Both the position numbers and the translations under genes were made by a program. Shown in pieces: positions 36,285-49,200 of a stretch of DNA of 64,000 nucleotides (position 1 is the first letter of the stretch; each line of letters begins with the position of its first letter). A model generated the notes under the pieces. That model was given only the letters and a program-made list of their open reading frames with translations. It did not search any database and was not told where the DNA came from. This DNA comes from Lepidodermella squamata. Lineage: Eukaryota; Animalia; Gastrotricha. The stretch is from NCBI GenBank assembly GCA_047495785.1, contig JBLDXI010000029.1:1488001-1552000 (forward strand), read 5' to 3'.

Positions 36285-38225
36285 CTATCTTAATATCACT
36301 GAAAATGGGCCGACAGACATGGCGGGTAAATGATAAAGTGCAACGCTTTCGTCACCGAAAAGAAGCCGAGAGCAATGGATTGCTTCCTGTCTCCACTTTT
36401 CAGTCGATAAACCTCTTCCATATACGTCTTGATGTATCTTAAAAAGGTTTATGGCCGTTAGCAGAACAGCGAAAATCAATCCTTTGTCCTTCAGACTTTC
36501 ATTCAGCCTTTCTAGAGTATTAGCTGCTTCAGCCTTCCTTCCTGTTAAGATCTGTGCAGCCACTATGCCTTTCTGCAACTGATCGGCTACATTGTTCAGC
36601 CTTTCATCGGAGTTTCTTCTTATCTTAACGGCTTCATTGTGCAATTCCAAGAGGCGATCTATCGCTCCTAAAGGGCAGCCGTCAGCCGCCCTGTAAATCG
36701 AAAGAATACGATCGCGAACAGCTTTCGGCTCCGAGCTTTCCATGAGACATAGGCGACAGTTGCAAACATTACCGTAACGCCGGTAAATCACATCTCGTTC
36801 TTCAAAAGGCATATCGGGGTTCACGTTCAACAGCCGCAAGGTTTCCCCCACTTCGATCTGTTTGTAAGTGCGAATTATTTGAAAATCGCCAACTGGAAAT
36901 ATATGACAGTTGCTGTCGACACAAGTTGTAGGGAAGAAGTGAGGATGTAACCAAAAGCCAACGCCGGCATCAGAGCTTAGCGGCCAATCTCCTATTGTTT
37001 TGATAATTATTTCGCAATGAGCAGGTATCGTCACGTCGTAGGTACCGTGGAAAAATGGATCATTTACGCCTGTCAGCTCGTGAAACATTCGAGCTGAAAC
37101 AGGATTTGCATTCAGGCGGATTGCAAAATCCAGCGCGATATCAACTGTAAATTCACCTTTCGGAGAGAAGTGAAGCGCTTTTGTGGCACAAATCAAGGTT
37201 CCAGGTGGGATTGAACGCTTTGCAACGGCGCCCCGAGGAAAACCATTGACTGGGCGCAATTTCACCAAATCATCCGCAAAGTAATCTCCATGGTCAAGAA
37301 ATGGCGACTTTTCAGCTTCGTCGTGCATTTCTTTTATGTCAAAGATACCAGTTATTGATTCCTTTTGGCATTTGCGAACGATTCGCAGAATTTCATCTAT
37401 GTCCTTGTCACTTCCGGAAGATTTCTTGACAGCCTTGTCAGTCAAATACCGCTCGCATTCAGAGTATCGTCTCAAAATTAGTAAGGCTCGAGCTTTTCGA
37501 TAAATAAGGCGCCCAATGGTCGGTTCAAGCTTTAAACCTAGCTCAGCCTGTTCAAGTGCGTTGTAGCCATCTCTCACCTCCGCAAAAACAGCTGATTTGT
37601 TCGAAAGGAGGATATGGTTTAAAGGGTCATGTTGCAAGGCTAGGGTGTAATCATCCAAAGCCTGTCTGTAGTTTCTCAAGCGGAAATTCTCGTTTCCTGC
37701 CGCCTTGAGCGTATTGGCAGCTTCAATTTCGATGCGCAATGTTGGCGGAAACTTGTATTCTGCTGATTCTACTGAATTCAACAGTTTGATGCAATCAACG
37801 GACTGGCATAAAATCACATAAAAACATTTGCATTCTCCAAGCATGAAAGGACTCTTAATTGCTATCACAGAATCCGATTCCAAATTGACCAGCCATTCCA
37901 CAGTCGATTTTATATAGATTTTTGTTGGGCCTAAAGTAGCTGATACGGCAAATAGCTGAACCAGCATTTGATTCGACGTTGTTAATTGGCGCTTAATTGC
38001 CGGGACACACAGTTTGGCGACAATGTTTTCCCCTTGGTGTTGATGAAGGATGCTTTCTTCGCTTTCGTATTCCCCGGACAGGCATAGCATATTTTCGCTA
38101 ATGACGTTTATGCCGAGTTTAGGGCGATCACTTTCATCGAGCAGAATTAACTTTCGCTGGTTATACAAACAGCTCCTGAACTCATCTTCTCGGGAAATCC
38201 AGTCTTCTTCCACAGCATCAACCAT
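36285..38225 (-). CDS. TPR + degenerate SET domain protein (SMYD-like TPR-SET family), 646 aa, single coding exon
   Basis: LKAAGNENF...ILLSNKSAVF...IYRKARAL TPR motifs; RGAVAKRSIPPGTLI; GFW; GDFQIIRTYKQIEVGE; post-SET CNCRLC. Confidence 0.88.
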   Translation of the reverse strand: MVDAVEEDWISREDEFRSCLYNQRKLILLDESDRPKLGINVISENMLCLSGEYESEESILHQHQGENIVAKLCVPAIKRQLTTSNQMLVQLFAVSATLGPTKIYIKSTVEWLVNLESDSVIAIKSPFMLGECKCFYVILCQSVDCIKLLNSVESAEYKFPPTLRIEIEAANTLKAAGNENFRLRNYRQALDDYTLALQHDPLNHILLSNKSAVFAEVRDGYNALEQAELGLKLEPTIGRLIYRKARALLILRRYSECERYLTDKAVKKSSGSDKDIDEILRIVRKCQKESITGIFDIKEMHDEAEKSPFLDHGDYFADDLVKLRPVNGFPRGAVAKRSIPPGTLICATKALHFSPKGEFTVDIALDFAIRLNANPVSARMFHELTGVNDPFFHGTYDVTIPAHCEIIIKTIGDWPLSSDAGVGFWLHPHFFPTTCVDSNCHIFPVGDFQIIRTYKQIEVGETLRLLNVNPDMPFEERDVIYRRYGNVCNCRLCLMESSEPKAVRDRILSIYRAADGCPLGAIDRLLELHNEAVKIRRNSDERLNNVADQLQKGIVAAQILTGRKAEAANTLERLNESLKDKGLIFAVLLTAINLFKIHQDVYGRGLSTEKWRQEAIHCSRLLFGDESVALYHLPAMSVGPFSVILR

Positions 38226-39315
38226 GCTTGATTACAAGTCGTAAGGTCTGTATAACAAATAAATCTCTGCTATTCTGCATGCAAAATACTTGCCACGCTG
38301 CACGCTATCAAAAATATGCGTGTAGCAGCCAAAGGCTTAGTTAGAAACTTAGTAGCAATGGATTCTACTCATGTCGAGGCTGGGTTTTCAACACAGAAGA
38401 TTTAACTCTTGAAGCGTAACTTGACTCAGTATTACTTTACTATAACACTATATAGACTTTGCTATAGTATTATAGCGATATAGTGGAATAGCAGTACCTA
38501 ATTAATATGTACATATATCCTAGATTTATGATAAAGGGCTAGACGAGGCAGGTGGCCGAAGACATTACTATACTATAGACTGCCTCATTACGAGATTAGA
38601 GTGCTACACCGTGGTTGCCAGATTCTCGGCTGATTTATCAGCGCTTGGAGGTTAGAAAAGAACAGTTTTCTGCTGGTACCGCGCCTATAAATGATTTTTT
38701 CCTGAAGTTTGATCGATGGTATCAATCAAACATGCAGAGGGTATTACGAGGAACACGCTAATTATTTTCTGAGAAATATAACATCTGTGTTATATCGACG
38801 AAGAATGTCGACTTGATTGGCATGCATCACATTGGAAGTGTTGCTGAAATATTCCCAAAACATCGATTTCATGTGATTCGAATTTTAATCGAGTGTTTCT
38901 TGAGTCCTAAAGCTTTGCACACAGCACACAGCGGATTTGAACCTTTGGCAGTAAGCTCACAAACTCACTCAAAAGGGCCGCCCCTTAGGGCTGCCCTCGC
39001 CCTTAAATAGGTATCATGTTTCGAAGATGAAAGAAGAGAAAATGCAGAAGCGCCCAATTTGCATTATTTGGTCCCGAGTAAGATCGGAATACTACTTGGT
39101 TACTTGACTAATATTTTTCCGTCCATGCACCAGGATTTTTTGGTAAGCTATGTGATTTCGGCTTGACATTTTGAGCAGGCTTTCGCTAAAAAACGATATC
39201 TACTTCAGCACTACCTGCCAATAATAAAGTAACATAAGCAAAGATTCAGGTCTAGAATTTGCATCCGTCTTGTTCATGAAAAAATGCTCGCGTCTTTAGG
39301 AAACATCCAATAAAA

Positions 39316-41322
39316 TTAAGTCATGACTTGAGGATGCATTGTTAATATAACTTGGAACTGGGCAGCCAAATTAATCGGTAAATGATATGCAGCAGCTCGT
39401 CGATCTCCAAACATTATTTCTGCAAGGCGCAGAGCGTCATTAGCCGCAGCGATGCTTCTCGAAACATTGTTCTGACATGAATACTCGCGATGCAGCATGA
39501 CAAGATACTCCAGCGAAAGCTTCCTGTTTGAAGTATTTTTTGTCAACCATTTCGCGATACGCAAAGCTTGCTCGTTCTCCGCCAGGCTAGAATAAGCATA
39601 ATAAAGTTCTAAATTCAGACGCTCCACGACATTGTTGATGCCTGAAGATTTGTCTCGCAAAGTGAAAGACTCTCGTAGCAGTAAATTCAGTGTAGTAATC
39701 GCCTCCTTCGTCATCGGAGGCGTCATGGCAATTTTTCTGTAAATTTCGCAAATTCGATTGCGGAGTTCCGCTCGCTCCGAACTTTCATAAAGGCACAATT
39801 TGCAGTTGCAGACATTCCCCATTCGGCGATAAATTTCATCCCTCGCCTCGAAAGGCATTTCTACACCAGAGAACTGTAGAAACAGAGTCTCCCCAGCTTC
39901 AACACGAACGATAGTCCTAATAAAGAAAAAATCCCCGACATGGAAGCCAAAGCAGTTGCCGCCATAACAAATATTTTGAAAAAAAATCGGCTGGAGCCAA
40001 AATCCTATTGCATTCGGAAAGGACGAACGGTATGAGTCCATTATTCTAAAATACGGCGATAGCGCATCCCAGTGTACTTCTAGGGAATTCTGGTTACTTC
40101 CTTGAAACACATAGCGAAGTCCCAGCTCATTCCTACGGCTTCCGGGATACATATTGAAATCTTGGAACATTTTTTCCAGTCGATTGTTTTCTTTAAGCCC
40201 TCGAATTATGGCTTTCATGGCAACAGTTTCGTGCAAATATCCGTTAGGAGAAAGATATAGCGCTTTAGCTGCACATAGCAAAGTTCCTGCTGGCAATGCT
40301 CTCTTCGCAACTACGGCATATGGGAAACCATCAACTGGCCGTATTTCTAGCGAATCCTCATCGAAATAATCGCCATGGTATAGGTAAGGCGATTTCTCAG
40401 CTTCTACATGCATTCTGAGAATGTCGTATTTCCCATCTCTAGCCTCTAGTTGGCATTGTTTTAAGGCCTTTCGAACTTCCTGAAAATCCTCATCGGCGAT
40501 GCATGAAACCAAAGGATCTTCCAATAGCATCTCGCATTCGCCGTAACGCCTTAAAATAAATAAAGCATACGCTTTTCTGTAGAGAAGACGCTTATTCAAT
40601 GGTTCAAGCTGTAATCCTAAGTTGGCTAGTTCGAGCGCCAAGGGCCCGTTATTCATCAAAGCGCAAACAGCTGACCGATTGGAGTAAATTATTGCGTTAA
40701 ACCGGTCTTCTACATGTGCGGCATCGTATAATTCTAAAGCTCGTTGTAAATTCCCATTGCGAAATTGCTCATTACCAGCGAGTTTAAGCTGTTCAGCAGT
40801 TTCCACGTTTATTGTAGGGATTCGTATAGCAGACTCAGCTGCCAAGGCAGCTGGAACACGACTGTCTCCGAGGTTCAAAGGCTGGATAGTCAACGCAGTG
40901 TCACACACTACGACCTCGGTATGGACATCAATCGAACTCATAGCCGAGTAAGTAAAAGGGGCGACGATATTTAAAACTGTTCTAACTGCCAATTTTTCTA
41001 GCCATGCAGGGGCTGACGAATTCAAAAAAAGCCGCCCAATCTTGCGACCTTCACGCATGAGAAGCAGCTGGGTAATCGGATGGTTTTCAACTGTGAACCG
41101 CTTGATTACCGGTGCCAGCAACATCGCTGGGAAAGTTTCGTCCGAGTGAAAAGGTTCTGCAATTATGATTAACTCTTCTCCGCCCCTTGCCGCCGTTGTT
41201 ACAGTTCCATGAGACTTCATAACAAATCGTACTTTGGGCCGGTCTCTCTCGTTCGTCAAAATCAGCTGTCGTTGAGCCACAAAGAAAGCTGTAATTTCTT
41301 CAACTGGCCATATTGAATCCAT
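39316..41322 (-). CDS. TPR + degenerate SET domain protein, 668 aa, single coding exon
   Basis: LKLAGNEQF...IYSNRSAV...LYRKAYAL; VVAKRALPAGTLL; GDFFFIRTIVRVEAGE; CNCKLC; clear paralog of the neighbours. Confidence 0.88.
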   Translation of the reverse strand: MDSIWPVEEITAFFVAQRQLILTNERDRPKVRFVMKSHGTVTTAARGGEELIIIAEPFHSDETFPAMLLAPVIKRFTVENHPITQLLLMREGRKIGRLFLNSSAPAWLEKLAVRTVLNIVAPFTYSAMSSIDVHTEVVVCDTALTIQPLNLGDSRVPAALAAESAIRIPTINVETAEQLKLAGNEQFRNGNLQRALELYDAAHVEDRFNAIIYSNRSAVCALMNNGPLALELANLGLQLEPLNKRLLYRKAYALFILRRYGECEMLLEDPLVSCIADEDFQEVRKALKQCQLEARDGKYDILRMHVEAEKSPYLYHGDYFDEDSLEIRPVDGFPYAVVAKRALPAGTLLCAAKALYLSPNGYLHETVAMKAIIRGLKENNRLEKMFQDFNMYPGSRRNELGLRYVFQGSNQNSLEVHWDALSPYFRIMDSYRSSFPNAIGFWLQPIFFQNICYGGNCFGFHVGDFFFIRTIVRVEAGETLFLQFSGVEMPFEARDEIYRRMGNVCNCKLCLYESSERAELRNRICEIYRKIAMTPPMTKEAITTLNLLLRESFTLRDKSSGINNVVERLNLELYYAYSSLAENEQALRIAKWLTKNTSNRKLSLEYLVMLHREYSCQNNVSRSIAAANDALRLAEIMFGDRRAAAYHLPINLAAQFQVILTMHPQVMT

Positions 41323-43291
41323 CTTTTGCTTTAATAAACGAAAATATTCTGTTGTAGCTGAGCCACCACCATCTACTCTGCGTTATCTCAATCCACTGGC
41401 GATAAAAACACAGTGACTCGGTTGGTATTGCTGTTCTTATCACTATTTGGCAGTAGTAATGCATTATTCTCTATAGGCATGATTCACCGAGTATCTTTGC
41501 GGTTGATCTCAAAGTCTGATGATTCGCTGGATTTCAGAAATAACTCGGAAAATTGAGATTTCCAGAGCGTCGCGCTTTTTACTAAGTTTGCCCAATGTGA
41601 CGGAATTTTTCACGTAGCTTTTACCTCTGATCCATTTTTTTTCCTTTTTTACCGTGTGCATATTCTATGGCACGGGACATGCCAATTTGTTCAATTTCCA
41701 ACAGCTTTTTCGATCGTAATCCACGAAGTTCTGTTCAGAAAGACATTTTGCCCTCGTTGACCCAATGCGGCGTTGTTGCCAACACATTTGCTATTATCGT
41801 ATAACGCGGAATTCTACTAAAGCAAATAAGGAAAACGCGAACGCATCACTAAATTGCACGCAACAGTTGATGAAAAATACGGCAACGACGATGATGATCA
41901 CAGGTACTATTTGATGAGATGAGAAGATACACTGGAGTGACAACCCGCTTCACCACCAAAATAATAACAATATACGTGAGGAGAATAAGGTGTGTTGAGA
42001 ATGAAAAGACCGACTTGCACCAGTGAGCGCGCGACACAACACCAGCAAGTGCGCGGCGAAACAAAAAATTAGCCAGTAATTTCACTTTTTTCCTCATAAT
42101 CACAATTTTTCGTGTCAATTTAATTTCAATTACTACTTGGGTATTAGGTATAATAAATCGGTGCGTTTCGCAGTATAGCATGCACGCGTGTCGACTTTGG
42201 CGCAGTTGCAGACCCGCGCGCAGCTGCGAGCACGAGTGAGCGAGTGAGAGTGCGCACGAGCGGGTGCACGCTTTTGTGCGCCGGAGACGTAGCAGTATAA
42301 CACACGTGCGACGCGACCACATTATACTACCTACAACCTACATATAGTCGAAGCGACTTGAAAGCGAAAAAGTTTCGGCCCGTCAAAGGAGCCTTTTTAT
42401 ACTTATTAGCCACATCAACGCTGTCTGGTGCGACGTCGGGCCTTACTCGTTCCATTTTATTTGTGACAATAATAAAAGTTTAGAAAACACTCGCAACACA
42501 ACAACAAACACATTTTCGGCTTCGGCTTCAACACGGTCTCGGCCCGGCATGCATATAACAACCGGTATTACCTAATGATGTTTATAGCCGGCGTTGTTGT
42601 CTTACCATAAGCACAACGGCTCTTGCAAAAATTTTGACGCGCTCAGCAAAATTTATTCTCGCGCGCTCGTTTAATTCGGCTAATATTTAAGTTTTTATAC
42701 TTACAACAACGGCGACTCGGCGTGGCTTTTCTTGTAATAGCCGTGTTTGTTGGTAATATACATCGGCATACGTAAATTAAATTTTATCGCCGCACGAGTC
42801 AGGTGTACAATATTTGTGCAACGGTTTTCTCCATTGTTCGCTTTGTTTATTTTCAGGTGACGCCTTGTTTTGCACGGCCCGAGTCGTGTGTTATTATAAC
42901 AAGGCCATTACCAGCTAAAAATTGCCACCAACACCACCGGGCAGACGCCGGCACTTGACATTGCCTCAACCAGAAGTTATGGCAATTTTATTTTTCCTCT
43001 ACCGCTTTTTAACGCATTTTATCCCGCATTTTATAGAAAATACTCCTAAATTTTATTAAAACACCTCGCCGCATTTTAAAATAATCCTAAATTTTATAAT
43101 GAAAGGAGGAATTTTTTCATATTTTTTGAATTTTTTGAATAATTTTGCTAATTTCATTAGAAATGTCATTGACCTGGCTATTTTAATCTTTAATTTTTTT
43201 AGAGATTTTCCAAGTAAATTTGTTAATGTTTTACGTTGCTGTCTTGTCATCAGCATTGTTTTGTACATGATCGAACGGATACATAGTATTT

Positions 43292-46200
43292 ATGAATGTA
43301 ATCTGGCTTCAACTTGTAACCACCGTCATCGCGACTTTGGCGCTGGTCGACAAGTCTAACGCTGGTAAAATTGATAAAAATTCAAATTTTAAGCTGGATT
43401 TTTCTGATTTAATTTTCCCAGACGATTCTTCCCCCCTCTACCCACCTCCTGAATCGCCATTGGACTGTCAATTCGAGGACGATTTCTGCGGATGGCAGCC
43501 CGCCGGCACAGGTTAGTCTACCTTAATATTTTTGAACATTTTTTGAAATTTTTGAAATTTTTCTAGATTTTTACCAATGGCAACGGCGCGGTTACATCGG
43601 CAACTTAACAAAAGACCTTTATTCGCCAACTGAAGGCTACCTCAGCTGTAAATATTTATTTTCAGTTTTTTTCAAAAATTCTGAAATTTTGCGAAATTTA
43701 GATAAATATACTTACGTGGACTCGAACCTGTGCACGGCTGGGCGGGCCGTTTGCCAGGCCGCTCTCGTCAGTGTGCCAATAATCCTGAATAGCAGTGACG
43801 TCAACCCGGTGTCTTCACTGACCTATAATAATTATAGCGACTCGCCATCGACCGCGCGCGCCGATTGGTGTTTCGAATTCTACTATTTTATTACCAATAA
43901 CCTAACATCTCACGAGTGAGTTGCCGAAAATCAAATTATCGAAAAATCTAGCTGATTTCTTTTCATAGATATGACATCGATGTATTTGTGGACAAGCCGC
44001 CAGATCTGTCGTCAGATTCGAATAAGCATTCTGTAGTCACCTCAGAAAATCCTGAATGGACGCTATCCGGGGCTGGTCGGGAGAATCCGATGGCGCTGAT
44101 TTCTGGCCAGTGGCGCCATGCTATTCTCGGGGTCAAACTCGGAAGCGGCATGCATCAGGTAACAAAGAATTCATTTTTGAAATTTTGAAAAAATTGAAAT
44201 TGAAATTTTTTAAATTAAATTACTTGAAAAATTTAGAAAATATATTTTTCAAATTATTTTTAGATCACCCTGGTGTCCCATATTACCAGAAGGACAACTG
44301 GGTCCGATTCGACCGGCAGCAATGTTGTAATAGCGATAGATGGAACCCGGCTGTATAAGGGGCAATGCGTCGGTTCGTTTTTTATCAATTTTTTATATAA
44401 TTATTTTTTCAAAATTTTTCAAAATTTTAGACTTGTTCGAACAGGACATATTGACCATGAGCTATTTACCGCACGAAGGTCACGCAGAAAACGGCGAGGT
44501 AGATAGTCACGGAACCGGAATTTTGGCGTCATATTTTTTTCATATAAATTTCTTAGATGATGGGCCAAGTTTACAACGCCGCAGTTTTGAATGACATGAA
44601 TTTATGGCCACGTGGGGTGATTCCTTACGCGATAAGTCCTGATTTCAGTGAGTCACCATGATTTTTTTTATCGATTTTTTTACGCGAATTTTTTTATCAG
44701 CCACACAAGAGTCGGATACGATTCGAAAGTCGATGAAGGAGTTTGAGAAGGCGACGTGCATTCGGTTTCGCTTGAAGACGACCGAGACGAATTATTTAGA
44801 TATTACCAAGGGTAGTTGGTGTTACTCGTTTGCTGGACGTGTCTTGCGGCCTGAGAAACAGCCACTCGCCTTGCATTCGTCCTGTTTGAACTTCGGAACT
44901 GTCCTCCATGAGCTCAATGTAAGTGATCCAAGATTTTCTCACGAGCTAAAGAGAATTTGCTAGCCGTTAATTTCCAAGTATTTACTGGGATTAGTTTTTG
45001 AAAATTAGAAAATACCAGGGTATACTGGGAATTGGAATTTTTTAGCAAAAAATTATAGGAAAATTGAGGTTCAAATTTGAGGATAGCTTGAAATTTACTG
45101 TTGAAAATTGAACATCTTGAACTGAGTTCCAAATGTTTATGAAAATCTTGACGATAATTTAACTCTGTAGTTATTGCCTCGAATGAAAATTTGGTGAACC
45201 AACCGAAATTATTCAAGATTTCAATTTTAACATTTTTCTTGGTATTTATTCTGGATGTTAATGACCAATTATTAAATTCTTCTAAATTTGTGTAATAACT
45301 TTGATGCTCCGTAAATTTTCCAACAGCATACCTCAGAATTGCGCAACCATTTTATAATTTTTCAAACTTTGGGAGAGTCGTCCAATTTTTCTGAAATTGA
45401 ACCAACTGAGAGCATTTCCCATCCACTTTAGGGGATTTCACCCGACAAATTTAACAAATTGGCGGAGAAAACTCGGAAAATCCAGTAACTGGTTCGGTAA
45501 TTTTCGGTGTTTTACCCTGAACCCAATTCTCCTGATTTTCCCTCTGAAAAGTGTCTTTCAGAATTATCATTCACAAAGCGATTTTTTCGAATTTTTTTGG
45601 CCAGGAGGCCATGACTTCACCTTTTATTTTAGACTTGGTGAACCCTTTCCTAATATTAGTTTCTTTGTTCTCGCTAATTTTGGGACACACCGCAACAAAA
45701 TTCTGCTACAGGCAATTTAGGCAAATTTTGATCCCGGAAATGTTGGCTAACGAAAAGAAAACTTTCTTTACAAAGATTTTGATCCTGAGATTTTCTAATG
45801 AACGACTTGATTAGACTTGATTCGTACCCCCTTCCTGTTATCTTACATATTATGGGATTTATTTTCATGTTAACAATTTTTCTAATTTATTTTATGTTAT
45901 TTTCTGAATTTATTACAGCATGCCGTAGGATTTTACCAGTAAGTTTTGATTTCCTAAATTCATCTGAATTTTTTATGATTTTCCTCGTTGATTCTAGTGA
46001 ACATTCTCGGTATGATCGCGACGACCACGTGACCATCCAGTGGGACAACATCGCCCCAGGCTCTTCGAACCAGTTCCAAAAGTACACCCTCGACCAGGTC
46101 GACCACCTAGGCCTGCCCTACGACTACGAAAGCGTTATGCACTACTCAAGAACGGCCTACGCCCGGCTGCCGGGCCTGACGACAATCGAGCCCAAAGTCA

Positions 46201-49200
46201 AAGGCTCCGTCATCGGCCAACGCGAGCGGTTGTCAGACCTAGACGTTCGTAAAATCAACAAAAAATACAAATGCCCAGACGGCACGAACCCGATTGACAC
46301 GCCGCAGACGAGTCTGAGCTGCAGTTTCGACTCGGGGCTTTGCGGGTGGTCGCAGCCGCACGACGGCGACCCACAGTGGACGATTTTCGACCCGGACCAG
46401 GCTCATTTCGAAGCCCCGATCTCGCCGGCTGCCTCGAGCAACGGAATGGCTGATATCGGCCGGCGATCTGCCGTAGTCGATCTAACCGGGGCTATCGACG
46501 TAGCCCGGCTCACATCGCCAATGGCCTACAATTCCGGCTGTTTCAGCTTCGCGTTTTTCTTCTCGAGAAACGGCCGAAAAGCGCTGAGGGCAATTTTGAT
46601 TGATAACAACACGGCTGAGACGGTTGTGTGGCAAATGTCGGATAATGGCGATGCTTCGGTGCCGGTCTGGCGGCGTGGCAAATTTGCTGTGCCGTTGTCG
46701 AATTTTAAAATTGCGATCGAGGCCGATCCGGTTGGAACTGGCCACGGCAGCATTGCGGTGGATGATTTCAATTTTACGGCTTCGATCAACGAGTGCGCTT
46801 TTATGCCGTCCGAAGCAAGTAAGTGCGATTAAAAATTGATATTTTCGTATATTTATTTTCCTTAATTATTTTCAAATTCAAAAATTTAAAATTTCAAGTG
46901 TTCAGAATTTTCTTAATTTTCTTTTTGATTTTTTTAAGTATTAATTATTAAATTAGAGTGAATTTTTTTCTTTTTTATGGCCAGATTAAAGTTTTCAATT
47001 TTTTCGATTTTTTCTGGCTTCACAATTTTTTCATTTGATGCGAAGATTTCGTTGATGAGACTTGGAATTTTTTATGATTTAGCATATTTTTCCAACTTTT
47101 TTTGATGTTTGAATTCCATTCACTGTCAAATTTCTCTTCAAAGACTCAGTTATCCAAACTGTAAGATCAGCAATTGATAGCCGGGGATCCTCTCGAAAAA
47201 ATCAATTTATTTTCCGTTGAATCAATCCGTAGAATTTCAAATACCTGAACCTTCAAAATCGAGCATTTAATCACATTTTAATCGAGTAAAATAATCGCAT
47301 AAATTAAGGAAATAATTGAATCATCGAATTATTTCAGCTAATAATTTTCTCACTGAGATCTGTCAATTTTACTGACTCTGATTATCGAAGATGCGGGTGA
47401 AATTTCGAATCGGTCTAATGAGCTTTGAAGGTTCAAGTCAGCGGGACAATAATACAGTTGCAAGGGGTTGGAGCAAAATTAATTCTGCCGAAATTTCTCG
47501 CTGAGATCGGCCGTTTCGCAAAGTTATTTCTGTTCCAAACTCTCGTTCGCCGTTCAAGTTCAAGCTTGCGCAAGGAAATCGATCGAGCTGCCGCGTCTCT
47601 GTGAACTCGGATCAACGATTTGAATCCCGATTTTCGCATGCGATTAGCAGACATTGGGACGAAGAAGTTTTTGTTCGCAACAGCACGGCGTCGCTGAGAT
47701 TTTGTGGGCAGGTAGCTTCGTCGAGGTTTATGCTTGAGGGAAATTCCGCGATTTTCGTACATGACCGAGCTGTTGTCGAGTGGGTCGATTCTCGATTGCG
47801 AAACGTGCCTATTCAGCCGATTTTTCAGCTCCTGATTTTCGTCAAAGCTCCGCCCAAGCTTCCAGGCTCTTGTCAAAGCTAAAGAAAATTATTTTTAATT
47901 ATTTTATCAATTTTTCATAAGTTTTTATTTACCTGGGTAGAGGAGGACAAATGCTGCGAAAGCGAGAAAAATATTCATTTTTAATTCTAAAATTGAAAGA
48001 AATTCTTATTAAGTTTCTATTTTAAACCGGCTTGAGGTCTTTTAATGGCATTAATTTATTTAAGATAATTTAGCAATTAGCTCTTGCTTGTTAGTCTTTG
48101 CCGTTGTGTCGTCGCTTAAATTCGGTAAAAATCGAGGACAATTTTAGAATTAATGTTAATGATATCAGTTATATTTAGAATATATATATAGAATATATAT
48201 ATATATATATAGAAAGTTGTACCACAACAGAGTCGAACCGACAACAAATTTTCAACGTCGAATTTTTTTTTACGCAAAATGAAATGGTAAATCCAACCCG
48301 CTGGATGTGTTCGAACATTTTTCAGCCGGGATTCATTTTTTCTATCATGGAGAATTGTACCCAATCCTGAAAAAGTGAAAATTGGCCATGCTATTCGCAA
48401 AAAAATCCGGAAATAAATAAATTCTCCTTATTTAATATTTCAACATTTCAACAAAATTAAACAAAAAATATCAGAAAAAAAACTATTTTTTCGGCGAATC
48501 AAGAAAAACGATAAATGACGTAATGGCTAGGCTTCCGCCGTTTCTTTGTCAGAATAGTTTCCTTGTTGTCGGCTTTCGGGGTGGCAACTTCTTTGTTCAG
48601 GCGATTTCGACGCCTTTTCTTGTAGCCTCCAAAAGATCCAGGCCTTGACCATTTCGCGCTTCTTTCGCTGAATGCCATCGAATTGGTGGATTTTGTGTTC
48701 GAATTCAATATCGGCAAGCGACTCAGAAATGGCCGGGTGTGGTCCAAAAATTTGGCGGTTGCTATATAAAACATAAGTCCATTTTAATTAAAATAAAAAA
48801 TATTTCCCTACCTTTAAGATTAAGGCTGGCGAGTAGAATAATGATAACAGCTAGTGTTAGAAAAGAAGTCATGATCTGAAGTAAAGTTAAATTCAATGGA
48901 CAACTTGAAAATTCGTGGTGTGTCTTATCGCTTCGGGATTCAAGGGTTCGAGCTAATTTGCGCTCGATTTGCGTCAGAACTCGACGGATGATGCAGTGTT
49001 GCTTATTTTTTGCAAGTTAGCTATCAAGTTCAAGTTCCGTTCTACGTAAATAGACCTAGGTGAACTACTTCAATTGCTTCAAGGAATTTAAAATTAAAAA
49101 TTTTTAAGACCTGTTGATACAGAGAATTTGAAAAATTTTGTGGGGGATATAAATTTAATTGAAGGAAATTCGAAGTGTCTAAGGAGAAAACGTGTTTATT

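Noticed and set aside
41849-42322. 157-aa minus-strand ORF
   Set aside because: Non-ATG start, low-complexity Arg/Cys/Ala content from CpG-rich DNA, no domain or splice support.
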